A stretch of 64,000 nucleotides of DNA from Malacoraja senta. Lineage: Eukaryota. A program made the translations under genes and the position numbers. The notes below the pieces were generated by a model. The model was given only the letters and a program-made list of their open reading frames with translations, had not been told where the DNA came from and did not search any database. Of the stretch, positions 25,481-37,932 are shown piece by piece; positions within the stretch are counted from its first letter, which is position 1; every line of letters starts with the position of its first letter. The stretch is taken from the NCBI GenBank assembly GCA_038087875.1, contig CM075988.1, forward strand, positions 3,410,001-3,474,000, in the 5' to 3' direction.

Positions 25481-27181
25481 TCAGTAGAGCTAACAGGACT
25501 TGATGTTTCAATCCCTGTAGTAAGTTGGCACTCTTGCTACTTGCAGTGGGATTGCCGTGATGAAAGGCAGGGTAGGTACGTCATCGGGCTCATCAGGTGG
25601 GCAACCTCCTTCTTTGACGTTTCATTGATAAGACCACAACGTCTCCAGAGGGCTCAACGGTGATACCTGGCGTCCCAGGTACACCCGCCCAATTGTTATC
25701 TTTCCTGTTGATCCAAAGCCAATAGCTCCTTTTTCTGCAGAATTTGATATATTAAACGAAACAAAACTAACATTTAAAGAATTAATACATCATTTACAAT
25801 AACGAACTGAGATCTTCGGTTTCCTCCCCCACTCCAAAAAAAGTACAAGTTTGTAGGTTAATTGGGTTTGGTAAATTTGTAAATTGTCCCTAGTGTGTGT
25901 AGGATAGCGTAAATGTGCTGAATCACTGGTCTAAACCGAAGATGCTGGTTTAAACTGAAGATAGACACAAAAGTAACTCAGCGGGACAGGCAGCATCTCT
26001 GGAGAGGAATGGGTGACACTTTTCGACCAGAAACGTCACCCATTCCTTCTCTCCAGAGGTGCTGCCTGTCCCGCTGATTTACTCCAGCTTTGTGTCTATG
26101 TTAGGCAAGTTAGATATTTTATGACCAACATGGCGGCAACAGTCTGAATGGCCTGTCCCAGGCATAAATTTCCTTGTATTCTCAGGAGAGATGAAAGATA
26201 AGCAAATGTACACCAGTACAATACTGGAATTCATGGTTTAAATGCTGCAAAAGGCAGCTGACATGTCAACAGGACAATTAACAGGATGTTGATTGAATGC
26301 AAAGCACCAGGACACAACTGTTTAGACAATAGCAGAAACATGCCTAAACCAAGCTGCATTCACTGGAGTTCACATAGTGATCATCTTTGGACTTTAGCAA
26401 TATAGTGCGGAAACAGGCCACTCGGCCCACTGAGTCCACGATCACCCTGCACATTAATACTACCCTACACATTAGGAATAATTTACAAATTTGTTCCCAA
26501 AGCCAATTAACCTACAAACCAGTACATCTTTGGAATGTGGAAGGAAACTGATAAACCGGGGAAAACACGCACAGTCACAGGGAGAATGTACAATCACCAT
26601 ACAGACAGCACCCATAGTCAGGATCGAACCCGGGTCCCTGACGTTGTAAGGCGGCAGCTCTACCGTTGTGCCACTGTGCTGCCCTTTCAGCATTATGTCT
26701 GTCGGTACGGGTGCTGACTGTATGGGGTTTGCACGCTCTCCCCATGACCGCGTGGATTTTCTCCAGGTGCTCCGGTTTCCTTTCACGCTCCAAAGACGGA
26801 CAGGTTTGTAGGTTAATTTGGCTTTGGTAAAAATTGTAACTTGTCCCCAGTGTGTACGATCGTGCTAGTGTTGGGGGATCGTGGATTCGGTGGGCCGAAG
26901 GGCCCACTTCCATACTGTTTCTCTCAACTAAAACTAAACTAATCAATTGATTCCAGGAATGCACGGCATTAAGAAAGAGAAATAGAGAGAACGAACAACA
27001 ACAAGATGACAGAAATCTGGAGTGAAAATGTTGCACCGTATCAGTGTGATTTTCCATCTTTGCTCGTCTAGGCAAGGTGGTGCCTGGCCATTTGCTTTGG
27101 CTGGACTTCACTTTGCTTTGGCTCATCGCGCTTCCTACATTTATATGTAATTTTCAATTTCCAACAAGTTATTTTGCCGAA

Positions 27182-29990
27182 CTAAAGCCCTAGTGCGAGG
27201 TTTGGCAGGCGATTTGTGGGCAAAGTCTCCTTCCTGTCAATTTATACAAAAATTTGTTAGCCTCGAGGGTTAGCTAATTATGTGGGTGAACATTTGCAGT
27301 TTGAATTAAAATGATTTTGCCAACTGCAGGTTACTTTGTGAAATTGTCCAGAGACCAATGACAACTCAGAGATTTACAGAAACTCTTACCACAAACATTT
27401 AGATTAATTTCGAGATACAGCATGGAAACAGGCCCTGAGGCCAAATGTGTGTGCAACGACCAATGATCACTAGATCTATCCTCCACACCGGGGATTATTT
27501 ACAGAAGCCAATTAACCTACAAACCTGTGCATCATTGCAATGTGGAAGGAAACTGGAGCACCCGGAGAACATCCACGTGACCACAGGGAGAACGTGCAAA
27601 CTCTATATTGACAGCAGTCATAGTCAGGATCAAACCTGGGTCTCTGGCGCTGGGAGGCAGCAACTCTACAGCTGCACCACCGTGCCACACCCCCCCCCCA
27701 AGTGTGTGCAATGTGATGGCTGAAATATTATCGGGAGCTCTCAGTCCAGCCCCAGTGTCCCAGCTCAACGTGGCAGCTCATGAACACTGAGTGTTGGAAG
27801 TTGGCAGCAGTGCTGGAAATACAGATGCTTTAAACATGAATAGAACAGTACAGCACAGGAACAGGGGGCAGCACGGTGGCGCAGTGGTAGAGTTGCTGCC
27901 TTACAGTGCTTTCAATGCCAGAGCCCCGGGTTCGATCCCAACCACAGGTGCTGTGTGTACGGAGTTTGTACCTTTCACCATGACCTGCGTGGGTTTCTCC
28001 GAGAACTTCGTTTTCCTCCCACATTCCAATGACGTACAGGTTTGTAGGTTAATTGGCTTGATATATGTGTAAAAATTGGCCCTAATGTGTGTGTGTAGGA
28101 TAGCGTTAATGTGCGGGGATCGCTGGTCGGTGCAGACTCGGTGGGCTGAAGGGCCTGTTTCTGCGTTGTATCTCTAAACTAAACTAAAATTAATGGGAAG
28201 TATGGCAGGTTGAGAAGTAGGAATCTTTAGACTTTATGTTTAAGAAGGAACTGCAGATGCTGGAAAATCGAAGGTAGACAAAAATGCTGGAGAAACTCAG
28301 CGGGTGAGGCAGCATCCATGGAGCGAAGGAAATAGGCAACGTTTCGGGTCGAAAGCCTTCTTTAGACTTTAGCCCACCGAGTCCGCACCGACTAGCGATC
28401 ATTCCTTACACTAGCACGATCCTACACACACTAGGGACAATTTACAATTTTTTTACAGAGCCCAATTAACATAAACCTGCACGTCTTTGGAGTGTGGGGG
28501 GAAACTGGAGCACCCGGAGAAAACCCACGCGGTCACAGGGAGAATCAATGAAAAAATGTACGCTCGCTTGAAAACAATCATTGTATCTTTATAACATTTT
28601 CTTCTCATCCTTCCAGAGCAGATTATCAGACAGATACTGATCAAAACAAAGTCCCACATGCCGGCTGAGATTGACAGGTAAATACTATCCCTTTTGTGGT
28701 TTAATGGTTGAGGGGTTTGCAGGGTGAATGAGAGCGGCAAGGGTATTTTTGTAGATACAGCGTGGAAACAGGCCCTCCGGCCCACCGAGTCCGCACCAAC
28801 AGCGATCCCCGCACACAAACACTATCCTACACACACTAGAGACAATTTACATTGATACAAAGCCAATTAACCTACAAACCCATACGTCTTTGGAGTGTGG
28901 GAGAAATCGAACATCTTGGAGAAAACTTACAGGTCACGGGGAGATTGTGCAAACTCCGTATAGACAAACACCCATAGTCAGGATCGAACCTGGGTCACAG
29001 GCGCTGTAAGGCAGTAGCTCTACCACTACGCCACCATGCCACACTTTCTTTAATGGTAAGTGCGGACACTACTTGGTTTGATACTATTGAATGTGTGGGC
29101 ACTGAGAATGTACGAAGACCTTTTGCACTGTTTTGGTTTTGTATATGATTTTTACGCTGCATCAAGTTTATTTTCAAATAAAAATAAACAGTGTGGGTGC
29201 ATTTGGGATCATGCTTTTGTCAGGAAGTCTGTGCAGATTGAAGATGAATTGCAGTAGGGCTGGGAGTTGTGGGGTAGCTCACAGTGACGCAGCGGTAGAA
29301 TTGCTGCCTTACAGCGCCAGAGTCCTGCGTTCGATCCTGACTACGGGTGCCGTCTGTACAGAGTTTGTACGTTCTCCCCGTACCTCGTGGGTTTTCTCCG
29401 GGTGCTCTGGTCCGTACACTAGATCTATCCTACACACTAGGGACAATTTACAGAAGCCTATTAACCTACAAACCTGCACATCTTTATGATGTAGGAGGAA
29501 GCCGGAGTACCCAGAGGAAACCCACGCAGTCACAGGGAGAACGTACATACTACATACAGACATCACCCGTAGTCAGGATCAAACCCGGATCTCTGGCGCT
29601 GTGAGCTGTAACTCTACCACTGTGTCACTGTGCTGCCCGTTTCACTCATTAAGCCCCTGCAGTGCACAGCACTCACAGAAAGTGGTTTTCATGTCATAGG
29701 AGCAGAAGTTGGCCATTCAGTCCATCAAGTCTACTTTGCCATTCAATTATGGCTGATCTATCTTTCACTCTCAATCTCATTCTCCTACCTCCCCATAACA
29801 CTTGACATCTGCACAAATCAAAAATATGTCAACCTCCTCCTTAAAATATCCAGTGACTTGGCTTCCACAGCCTTCTGTGGCAATGAATTCCACAGATTGA
29901 CCACACTCTAACCAAAGAAATTCCTCCTCATCTCTTTTCTAAAGGTACAGTACATCCTTTAATTGTGAGGCTATGCCCTCTGGTCCTAGA
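27182..29990 (+). repeat. Left arm (main block) of a large inverted duplication
   Basis: Reverse complement of 56155-58421, including unique inter-repeat sequence and the 61-nt exon. Confidence 0.92.
28617..28677 (+). CDS. ST3GAL4: Sialyltransferase exon (EQIIRQILIKTKSHMPAEID-R), 61 nt
   Basis: ccttccag| and |gtaaat; phases fit both neighbours (G|AG=E, AG|G=R); aligns with the ST3GAL4 segment between LPYG and motif L. Confidence 0.88.
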
Positions 29991-30504
29991 CCCTCCCACT
30001 AGTGGAAACATCAGAATGGAGACAGGAGGGCATAGGGTTCAGGTGTGTGGGGAAAAGTTTAAAAGAGATGTGCGGGACATTTTGTTCACAGAAGGTGGGG
30101 GTTCCCACAATGCACTGCAGGGGGATGGTGGTGGAAGCAGATACAATAGTGGGATTTAAGACGTTTTTAGATAGGCACACGGATGTGCAGGCAGAGGAGG
30201 TTACTTTATCTTGGCATCATGTTTGGCACAGAAATAGTGTGTCGAAGGGCTGCACTGTTCCATGTTCTGTGTGCTATGTGCTACGTTTAACAATGACAAG
30301 GCTCAGCACATGAATGCAAGGCTGCCACACTCACAAGGATGTTCTACCCGAATGGTTGGATGGATGATCCATCTCCGACCTCATTACTGATGCCATTCTT
30401 CAACCAACTTGTTCTACTCCATGCGATATCAAGAAACTGCTCACCACACTGGATTGAGAAAAGATCACGGCACAATATAATACCACATCACATAATTCAT
30501 CATG

Positions 30505-30870
30505 TCTGAGGAAGGATGTGCTGGTGTCGGAGAGGGTCCAGAGGAGGTTTATGAGAATGATCCCAGACAAGAGCGGGTTAACATATGATGAGCGTTTGAG
30601 AGCACTGGACCTGTACTCGCTGGAGTTTAGAAGGATGAGGGGGTACCTCATTGAAACTTACCGAATAGTGAACGTCTTGGATAGTGTGAATGTGGAGAGG
30701 ATGTTTCCACTAGTGGGAGAATCTAGGACCAGAGACCATAGCTTCAGAATAATAGGATGTACCTTTAGAAAGGAGATAAGAAGAAATGTCTTTAGTCAGA
30801 GGGTGGTGAATCTGTGGAATTCACTGCCACAGAAGTCTGTTGAGGCCATCAATGGATATTTTTAAGGCAG
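30505..30870 (+). mobile_element. CR1 LINE 3' fragment
   Basis: ORF 30518..30865 VQRRFMRMIP...LYSLEFRRMRG...WNSLPQ. Confidence 0.9.
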
Positions 30871-32221
30871 TACAATGCAATTTGGCTAGTTACTGCCTAG
30901 TGAACTGTGTAGGAAGGAACTGTAGATGCTGGTTTAAACAAAAAGTAGACATAAAAAGCTGGAGTAACTCAGTGAGACAGGCAACTTCTCTGGAGAAAAA
31001 GGAATGGGTCACAATTCGGGTCAAGACCTGAATCATCTGGGTCTGAAGAAGGGTCTCGACCCGAAACATCACCTATTCCTTTTCTCCAGGGAAGCTGAGT
31101 TACTCCAGCATTTTGTGTCTATCTACTTCCCAGTGAATGTAGTCGCCATCATCTGCATAGTGATGGAAGCTCTCATCAACTCATTCGTTACTGAACTGCT
31201 TATGGATGGGCAGTGTAGGGTCTGCCAGGACCACCCGACTACAGAGGTCAGCGATGCCTTGGTCCAAATGTGGACCAAAGAGCTGATGTCCAGAGATGTT
31301 TGGGTGCAAGAGGTCAAGGAACTTCTATCAAACCGGTCATTGGGCATATAAATGGTTAGTATCTCATATGAAAGGAGATGATAGTGCTTGTTGGTGGTTA
31401 GTTATCACAGGCCCAGGTCATTAGTCCTTGCTTGTATGCAACAAGAACCCAGCAACGTTTGGTCATGGACATATTGATGCACAGAGTCTCTTGCCCAGAG
31501 TAGGGGAATCGAGGACCAGAGGACATAGGTTCAAGGTGAAGGGAAAAGATTTAATAGGAATCTGAGGAGTAACCTTTTCACAGAGGGTGTTGGGTGTATG
31601 GAACAAGCTGCCAGAGGAGGTAGTTGACGCAGGGACTATCCCATTGTTTAAGAAACAGTTGGACATGTACATGGATAAGACAGGTTTGGAGGGATATGGA
31701 CCAAGCGCAGGCAAGTGGGACTAGGGTAGATGGGACATTGTTGGCCGGTGTGGGCGAGTTGGGCTGAAGGGCCTGTTTGCACACTGTATCACTCTATGTT
31801 AAAGTAAATTATCCAGACCACACAAATCTCCAACAAGAGCACATCAAACCACCTCCTCCTGGTATCCAATATGTGTGGATACACAGAATGGCAGATTGAT
31901 GAGAGAGTGGATATTTGGGAATTAAGGTTTAGGGGACAGTTGATCATGGGGAAGAAGGTGGTGGTGGAGAAGAGTGGGATGGAGCAGGTGGGATTAGGCT
32001 GAGAGTTGGATGGGGTAGACACAAAAAGCTGCAGTAACTCAGCGGGTCAGACAGCATCTGTGGAGAAAAGGAATAGGTGACGTTTTGGGTCGAGACCCTT
32101 CTTCAGATCCGACCTGACCTTAAACGTGAACTATTCATTTACTCGAGAGATGCTGCCTGTCCCGCTGAGTTACTGCAGCTTTTAGTGTCTATCTTCGGTT
32201 TAAACCAGCATCTGCAGTTCC

Positions 32222-32810
32222 TTGGTAGACACAAACTGCTGGAATAACTCAGCGGGACAGGCAGCATCTCTGGAGAGAAGGAATGGGTGACGTTTCGGGT
32301 CAAGACCCTTCTTCAGACTGATGTCAGGGGAGTGGGTGGAACAGAGATATAGAATGTAGTTGCACACAGTAAGAGTGGTGGGAGAACTGGGAAGGGGGAG
32401 GGGATGGAGACAGAGTGAAATAGCAAGGGCTATTTGAATTTAGAGAAGTCAATGTTCATACCGCTGGGGTGTAAGCTACCCAAGTGAAATATGAGGTGCT
32501 GTTCCTCCAATTTGTGCTGGGCCTCTCTCTGACAATGGAGGAGGCCCAGGACAGAAAGGTCAGATTGGGAATGGGAGGGGGAGTTAAAATGTTGAGCAGC
32601 TGGGAGATCAGGTAGGTTGAGGTGGACTGAGCGGAGGTGTTCAGTGAAATGATCACCAAGCTTGCGCTTGGTCTCGCTGAACAGAAGTTGACACCTAGAA
32701 CAGCGGATACAGTAGATGAGGTTGGAGGAGGTGCAAGTCAACCAGCAGTTCTTTCCCACACAGTGAGATGGGGTAGTTGGGTACAGGCTGAGGGTGGATT
32801 GGGGCACATG
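32222..32810 (-). mobile_element. Penelope-like element: GIY-YIG endonuclease C-terminus plus hammerhead-bearing terminal repeat (subfamily A)
   Basis: TCTSSNLIYCIRCSRC...ETKRKLGDHFTEHLRSV...LEEQHLIF; CTGAAGA...GAAACGTC at 32289-32316. Confidence 0.88.
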
Positions 32811-33125
32811 GGTATGGGAAGAGGGTGGGGATGGAACAGGGTGGGATGACTAGAAATTATGATAGAACAGGTTGGAAGGATTGGGCGATAAGAGGTTGTG
32901 ATGGGAGACAATGGAATGGAGGGAATGGGATGTTAGGATGCAGTGCAGAATGACTCGATGTACATTTCCAAGGCTCTCCGTGAAACTCATCGCAAGGTTG
33001 TGCCAAGCTGGGATAATGCCAGCGGATATTGTATGATGTAATTTGGATGGGATGAATGGGCGAATGGCAGTAGGTGTGAAGACTGAGGATAGGGAGGGAG
33101 AAGTGAAATGATCAACTGGTAAACA

Positions 33126-34955
33126 TCTATATTACTAAAAGTCTAATCTTGGCCGCTTTTGGCTCACTGTGCTGTGATTTCCGAGGGAACGGCGTCACCT
33201 ACGGCTGTCATTTTTGGCCACCTCGCTCAGAACCTCCCTCCGCCTTCCTGGACCAGAGGATTTTTCCCATCGATGAAAAATCAGAGAGATATTAATGTTT
33301 ACAAAAAAATTGCCATTCTCTCTGCTGCCCCTGCTGGAGGGAGGGGGAGGGACTATAAAACCAGGAAGTGGTGTGCCTCACTTAGTCTCTGCAAGATGAA
33401 GGAAGCCACAGGTTCACGTCTCTCTGAGCTCTGAATAACACTGAACACATGTCTACTCAACTGTGAGTGCCCTCAATGTGGTTTGAAAATGAAAATATGG
33501 TTGGTTTGAAGTAAAAAGGCACTGCCTGCAAATGGTTGTTTGGGGGGTTTGGGTTGAAGTGAAAAGGCACTGCCTGCAAATGGTTGTTTGAGGGGTTTGG
33601 GTTGAAGTGAAAAGGCACTGCCTGCAAATGGTTGTTTGGGGGGTTTGGGTTGAAGTGAATAGGCACTGCCTGCAAATGGTTGTTTGGGGGGGTTGGGTTG
33701 AAGTGAAAATGCACTGCCTGCAAATGGTTGTTTGGGGGGTTTGGGTTGAAGTGAAAAGGCACTGCCTGCAAATGGTTGTTTGGGGGTTTGGGTTGAAGTG
33801 AAAAGGCACTGCCTGCAAATGGTTGTTTGTCTAAACTTGACAACTTCCTGTTTGCTCTATATTGATTTTAGATAAAACGCTACCACTTACGGCTATGATT
33901 TTTGGCCATCTTACTCAGTTCCCCTCCGCTCATCAGGTGCAGAGGATTCTTCCCATCAATGAAAAACAAAAGTGTTATTAGTGTTTAAAAAATGTTGAGA
34001 ATCTCTCTCCTGTCAATCACGCCATGAAGGCCACACCTTTTCTGGTGGAAGGGGGAGGGATTATAAAACCCAGAAGTGTGGGTGTGGCTCAGTCTCTGCA
34101 TGATGCGGGAGGGAGAGGTCACGACTCTGTCTGAGCTGTGAATCAACTGAACACACTGAATGTCTACTGAACTGTGAGTGTGGTGTTTTGTGCGGTTTTA
34201 TGGTGGTTTTTATGGTGGTTTCACCCTGCTTGAAATAGTATGAAAGTGCATTTGAATGTGGTGGCCTTGCACCCTGCATGAAATGGTATGAAACTGCATT
34301 TGAATGTGGTGTCGTTGCACCCTGCATGAAATGGTATGAAACTGCATTTGAATTTGGTGGCCTTGCACCCTCCTTGAAATGGAATGAAACTGCACTTGAA
34401 TTTGGTGACCTTGCACCCTGTTTAAAGTGGTTGGAAACTGCACTTGAATTCGGTGGCCTTGCACCCTGCTTGAAGTGGTAGGAAACTGACCTGAATTTGG
34501 TGGCCTTGCACCCTGCTTCAAGTGGTATGAAACTGCACTTGAATTTTGTGACCTTGCACCCTGCTCGAAGAGGTAAGAAACTGCACTTGAATTTGGTGGC
34601 CTTGCACCCTGCTTGAAATGGTAGGGAAATGGATTTGAATTTGGTGGCCTTGCACTCTGCTTGAAATGGAATTTCAAGGAATAGCCGTGAGTCAACTGCC
34701 AGCCCACCAGCCGTGAGTGAGCTGCCAGCACATCAGGCGTGAGGGACTGAGCAACCACCCCAAGAATCCATTTGGCCCACAATGTCCATACTAGCCCTCT
34801 GGAGACCAGTAGTCCCTGCAGCCAACAACACCCATACCAGCGCTCCAGAAAGCCCCCCCCCCCCCACTGGCCACCAATATTGGAATTGGTGGAGAGGTGG
34901 AACATTGCGTCAGGGGACCAGCCCTCCCGTGAGAACATGGTCCCACTTAGTCTAG
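33126..34955 (+). mobile_element. Non-autonomous Helitron with two internal 48-bp minisatellite arrays
   Basis: A|TCTATATTACTAAAA 5' end, GGGACCA...TGGTCCC hairpin then CTAG|T 3' end, no TSD; arrays at ~33500-33830 and ~34220-34670. Confidence 0.8.
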
Positions 34956-35357
34956 TATGGAACTAAATGTGGAGTCTTAAACTCTAGTGACAAGGAACTG
35001 CGAATGCTGGTTTATGAAAAAATACACAAAGTCTTAGAGTAACTCAGCTGGCCGGGCAGCATCTCTGGAGAGAAGGAATGGATGACGTTTTGGATCGAGA
35101 CCGTTCTTCAGAGGTCGAAATCCATGTTGTGTGAATCCATCACCTACCCATGTTCTGCAGAGATGCTGCCTGACCCGCTGAGCTACTCCAGCAATTTATG
35201 GCTTGAACTCCGTTTGTGTTGAGCAATGATGTACACACAACTGGTTTCTAGGAAACCTTGTCATCAAATGAATGAAACAAGTGTTACGATTTTGCTGCCA
35301 ACGCTACCTGGCTATGTTCAGTCTCTGTCTCAACTCAGCCTGCTTGTCTCTTGCCAG

Positions 35358-35453
35358 GTTGCAGTGTAAACGGTGTGTTGTCGTCGGCAACGGGAACACC
35401 CTGAGGAAGAGTCTCCTTGGAGGAGTCATCAACAAATACAACGTCGTTATTCG
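35358..35453 (+). CDS. ST3GAL4: Sialylmotif L first half (LQCKRCVVVGNGNTLRKSLLGGVINKYNVVIR), 96 nt
   Basis: CxRCVVVGNG..L....LG..I..Y.VVIR GT29 motif; ttgccag| and |gtgagt. Confidence 0.97.
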
Positions 35454-35759
35454 GTGAGTGATGTCATTGTCATAGAGTAATACAGTGTGGAAACAGGCCC
35501 ATCAGCCCAACCTGCCCACACCGGCCAACATGTCCCAGCTCCCATAGTTCCACCTGCCTGCGTTTGGTCCATATCCCTCCAAACTTGTCCTATCCACGTA
35601 TCTGTCTAACTGTTTCTTAAATGTTGGGATAGTTCCAGCCTCAACTACCTCGTCACCTATTCCTTCACTCCATAGATGCTGCCTCACCCGCTGAGTTTCT
35701 CCAGCATTTTTGTGGACCTTCGATTCTTCCAGCATCTGCAGTTCTTTCTTAAACAAGAA

Positions 35760-36475
35760 GGGCAGTGAGGCCAAGTGGAAGAGCTGCAGGCCGGTGAGCC
35801 TGACGCAGTTGCGGAAAGTTGTTGGAGGAGATTCTCTGAGATAGGATCTACCATCATTTGGATAGGCACGGACTGATTAGGAATGGTCTCTATCTATGGC
35901 TTGGAGCAAGGGAAAGCATGTCTCAAAAATCTAATGTGTTTATTTGAACAGGTCACCAGCAGAACTGATGAGGGCAGGAAAGTAGATGTTGTTTATATGG
36001 ACTTTAATAAGGACTTTGTCAAGGTTGTGCATGGCCAGCTTGTCTAGAAGGTTCGAGGGCATGGAATCCAAGGTGAGATTACCAAAATTAGCTCCAAGAA
36101 AGGGCTCAAAGTGTGGTTGTGGATGGACGTATTTCTGATGGACGCCTGTGATCAGTAGAGTGTCCCAGAACTCGACGCTGGCTCCTCTGTTGTTTGTTAT
36201 CTACGTTAACAAGTTGGATGACAATGGAGTTATTCTTCTTCTTATTGAGTTCACACACAAGATTAGAAATAGTTCAGAGCTGAACACACTTCTCGGCATC
36301 TGCGTACAATGGTGTGTGTCTTGTCGCTTCTTGTGCGTGGTGGTGGAAAGATTGGTGGAAACACGGCCAAGACGTGAACGCTCTTTCCTTGATCCCAATG
36401 GAGTTATTTATCATTGTTAATAAATACGCAGATGACACCAACATTGGTGGTATAGTGGACAGTGAGGAAGGATAC
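35760..36475 (+). mobile_element. CR1 RT fragment, degenerate
   Basis: GKACL.NL..F.E, DVVYMDF.K.F, YADDT.IGG.VDS motifs. Confidence 0.75.
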
Positions 36476-36902
36476 CCTATATCTTTAGGGTGGCACAGTG
36501 ACACAGCGGTAGAGTTGCTGCCTTACAGCGCCAGAGACCCAGGTTCGATCCTGACTACAGGTGCTGTCCGTACGTAGTATGTACGTTCTCCCTGTGACTG
36601 CTTAGGTTTTCTCCGGTGCTCTGGTTTCCTCCCACACTCCAAAGACGTGCAGGTTTGTAGGTTCGGTCAAGTTGTAAATTGTCCTTGGTGTGTAGGATCG
36701 TCCGAGTGTACGGGGTGATCGCTGGTCACCATGGCCTCGGGATGAAAGGCCTGTTTCCGTGCTGTATCTCTAAAGACTAAAATCTAAGTTTTAAACAGGT
36801 AGATCTAGATCAGTTGGGAAGGTGGGCCAAGGAATGGCAAATGGAATTTAACTCTGACTAGTTTGAGATGTTGCATTTTGGTATGTCAAGCATGATTGGT
36901 AG

Positions 36903-37120
36903 GGTACACAAAAATGCTGGAGAAACTCAGCGGGTGCAGCAGCATCTATGGAGCGAAGGAAATAGGTAACGTTTCGGGCCGAAACCCTTCTTCAGAAGAA
37001 GGGTTTCGGCCCGAAACGTTACCTATTTCCTTCACTCCATAGATGCTGCTGCACCCGCTGAGTTTCTCCAGCATTTTTGTGTACCTTCGATTTTCCAGCA
37101 TCTGCAGTTCCTTCTTTAAC
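36903..37120. mobile_element. Palindromic Penelope-derived mini-element with back-to-back hammerhead cores and a 16-bp TSD
   Basis: Near-perfect ~90-bp inverted arms 36903-37085 centred near 36994; CATGATTGGTAGGGTA duplicated at 36891-36906 and 37123-37138. Confidence 0.88.
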
Positions 37121-37269
37121 AACATGATTGGTAGGGTATTTGGTATATTGCCATGATTTACATAGTAAATGTTAGAGCCCTGCAGAGTGTAGCAGAATAG
37201 AGAGATTGGGAACTTAGGGGCATAGTTCCTTGACAATGGCGAATCAGGTGGACAGTGTAGTGAAGATGG

Positions 37270-37932
37270 AAGGTACACAAAAATGCTGGAGGAACTCAGC
37301 GGGTGCAGCAGCATCTATGGAGCGAAGGAAATAGGCAACGTTTCGGGCCGAAACCCTTCTTCAGACTGATAGGGGGTGGGGAGAAGAAAGGAAAAAAGGC
37401 GGAGGAGGAGCCCGAGGGCTGGTGGAGGGGAGGAGACAACCAGAGGGCTGATGAAGGGGAGGGGACAGCAAGGGCTAGCAGAATTGGGAAAATTCAATGT
37501 TCAAGCCCCCAGGATGTAGACTGCCCAAGCGGAATATGAGGTGCATCTCCTCTAATTTCCGGTGTTGCTCGCTGTGGCCATGGAGGAGACCCAGGACAGA
37601 GAGGTCAGATACGGAATGGGAGGGGGAGTTGAAGTGCTGAGCCACCGGGAGGTCAGGTTGGTTATTGCGGACCGACCGGAGCTGTTCGGCGAAACGATCG
37701 CCAAGCCTCCGCTTGGTCTCACCGATGTAGATCAGCTGGCATCTAGAGCAGCGGATGCAATAGATGAGGTTGGAGGAGATGCAGGTGAACCTCTGTCGCA
37801 CCTGGAACGACTGCTTAGGTCCTTGAATGGAGTCGAGGGGGGAGGTGAAGGGACAAGTGTTGCATCTCTTGCGGTTGCAAGGGAAAGTACCCGGGGAGGG
37901 GGTGGTACGGGTGGGAAGGGAAGAATTGACAA
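37270..37932 (-). mobile_element. Penelope-like element GIY-YIG fragment with subfamily B hammerhead terminus
   Basis: GTFPCNRKRCNTC...SNLIYCIRCSRCQLIYIGETKRRLGDRFAEQLRSV; hammerhead core at 37337-37364. Confidence 0.9.

Noticed and set aside
22693..25877. LTR retrotransposon
   Set aside because: The repeats lack TG...CA ends and PBS/PPT, and the interior encodes a non-LTR RLE protein.
33500..34670. ORFs with 16-aa Cys/His-containing repeats (zinc-finger-like)
   Set aside because: Translations of 48-bp minisatellites inside a Helitron; no C2H2 spacing or splice context.
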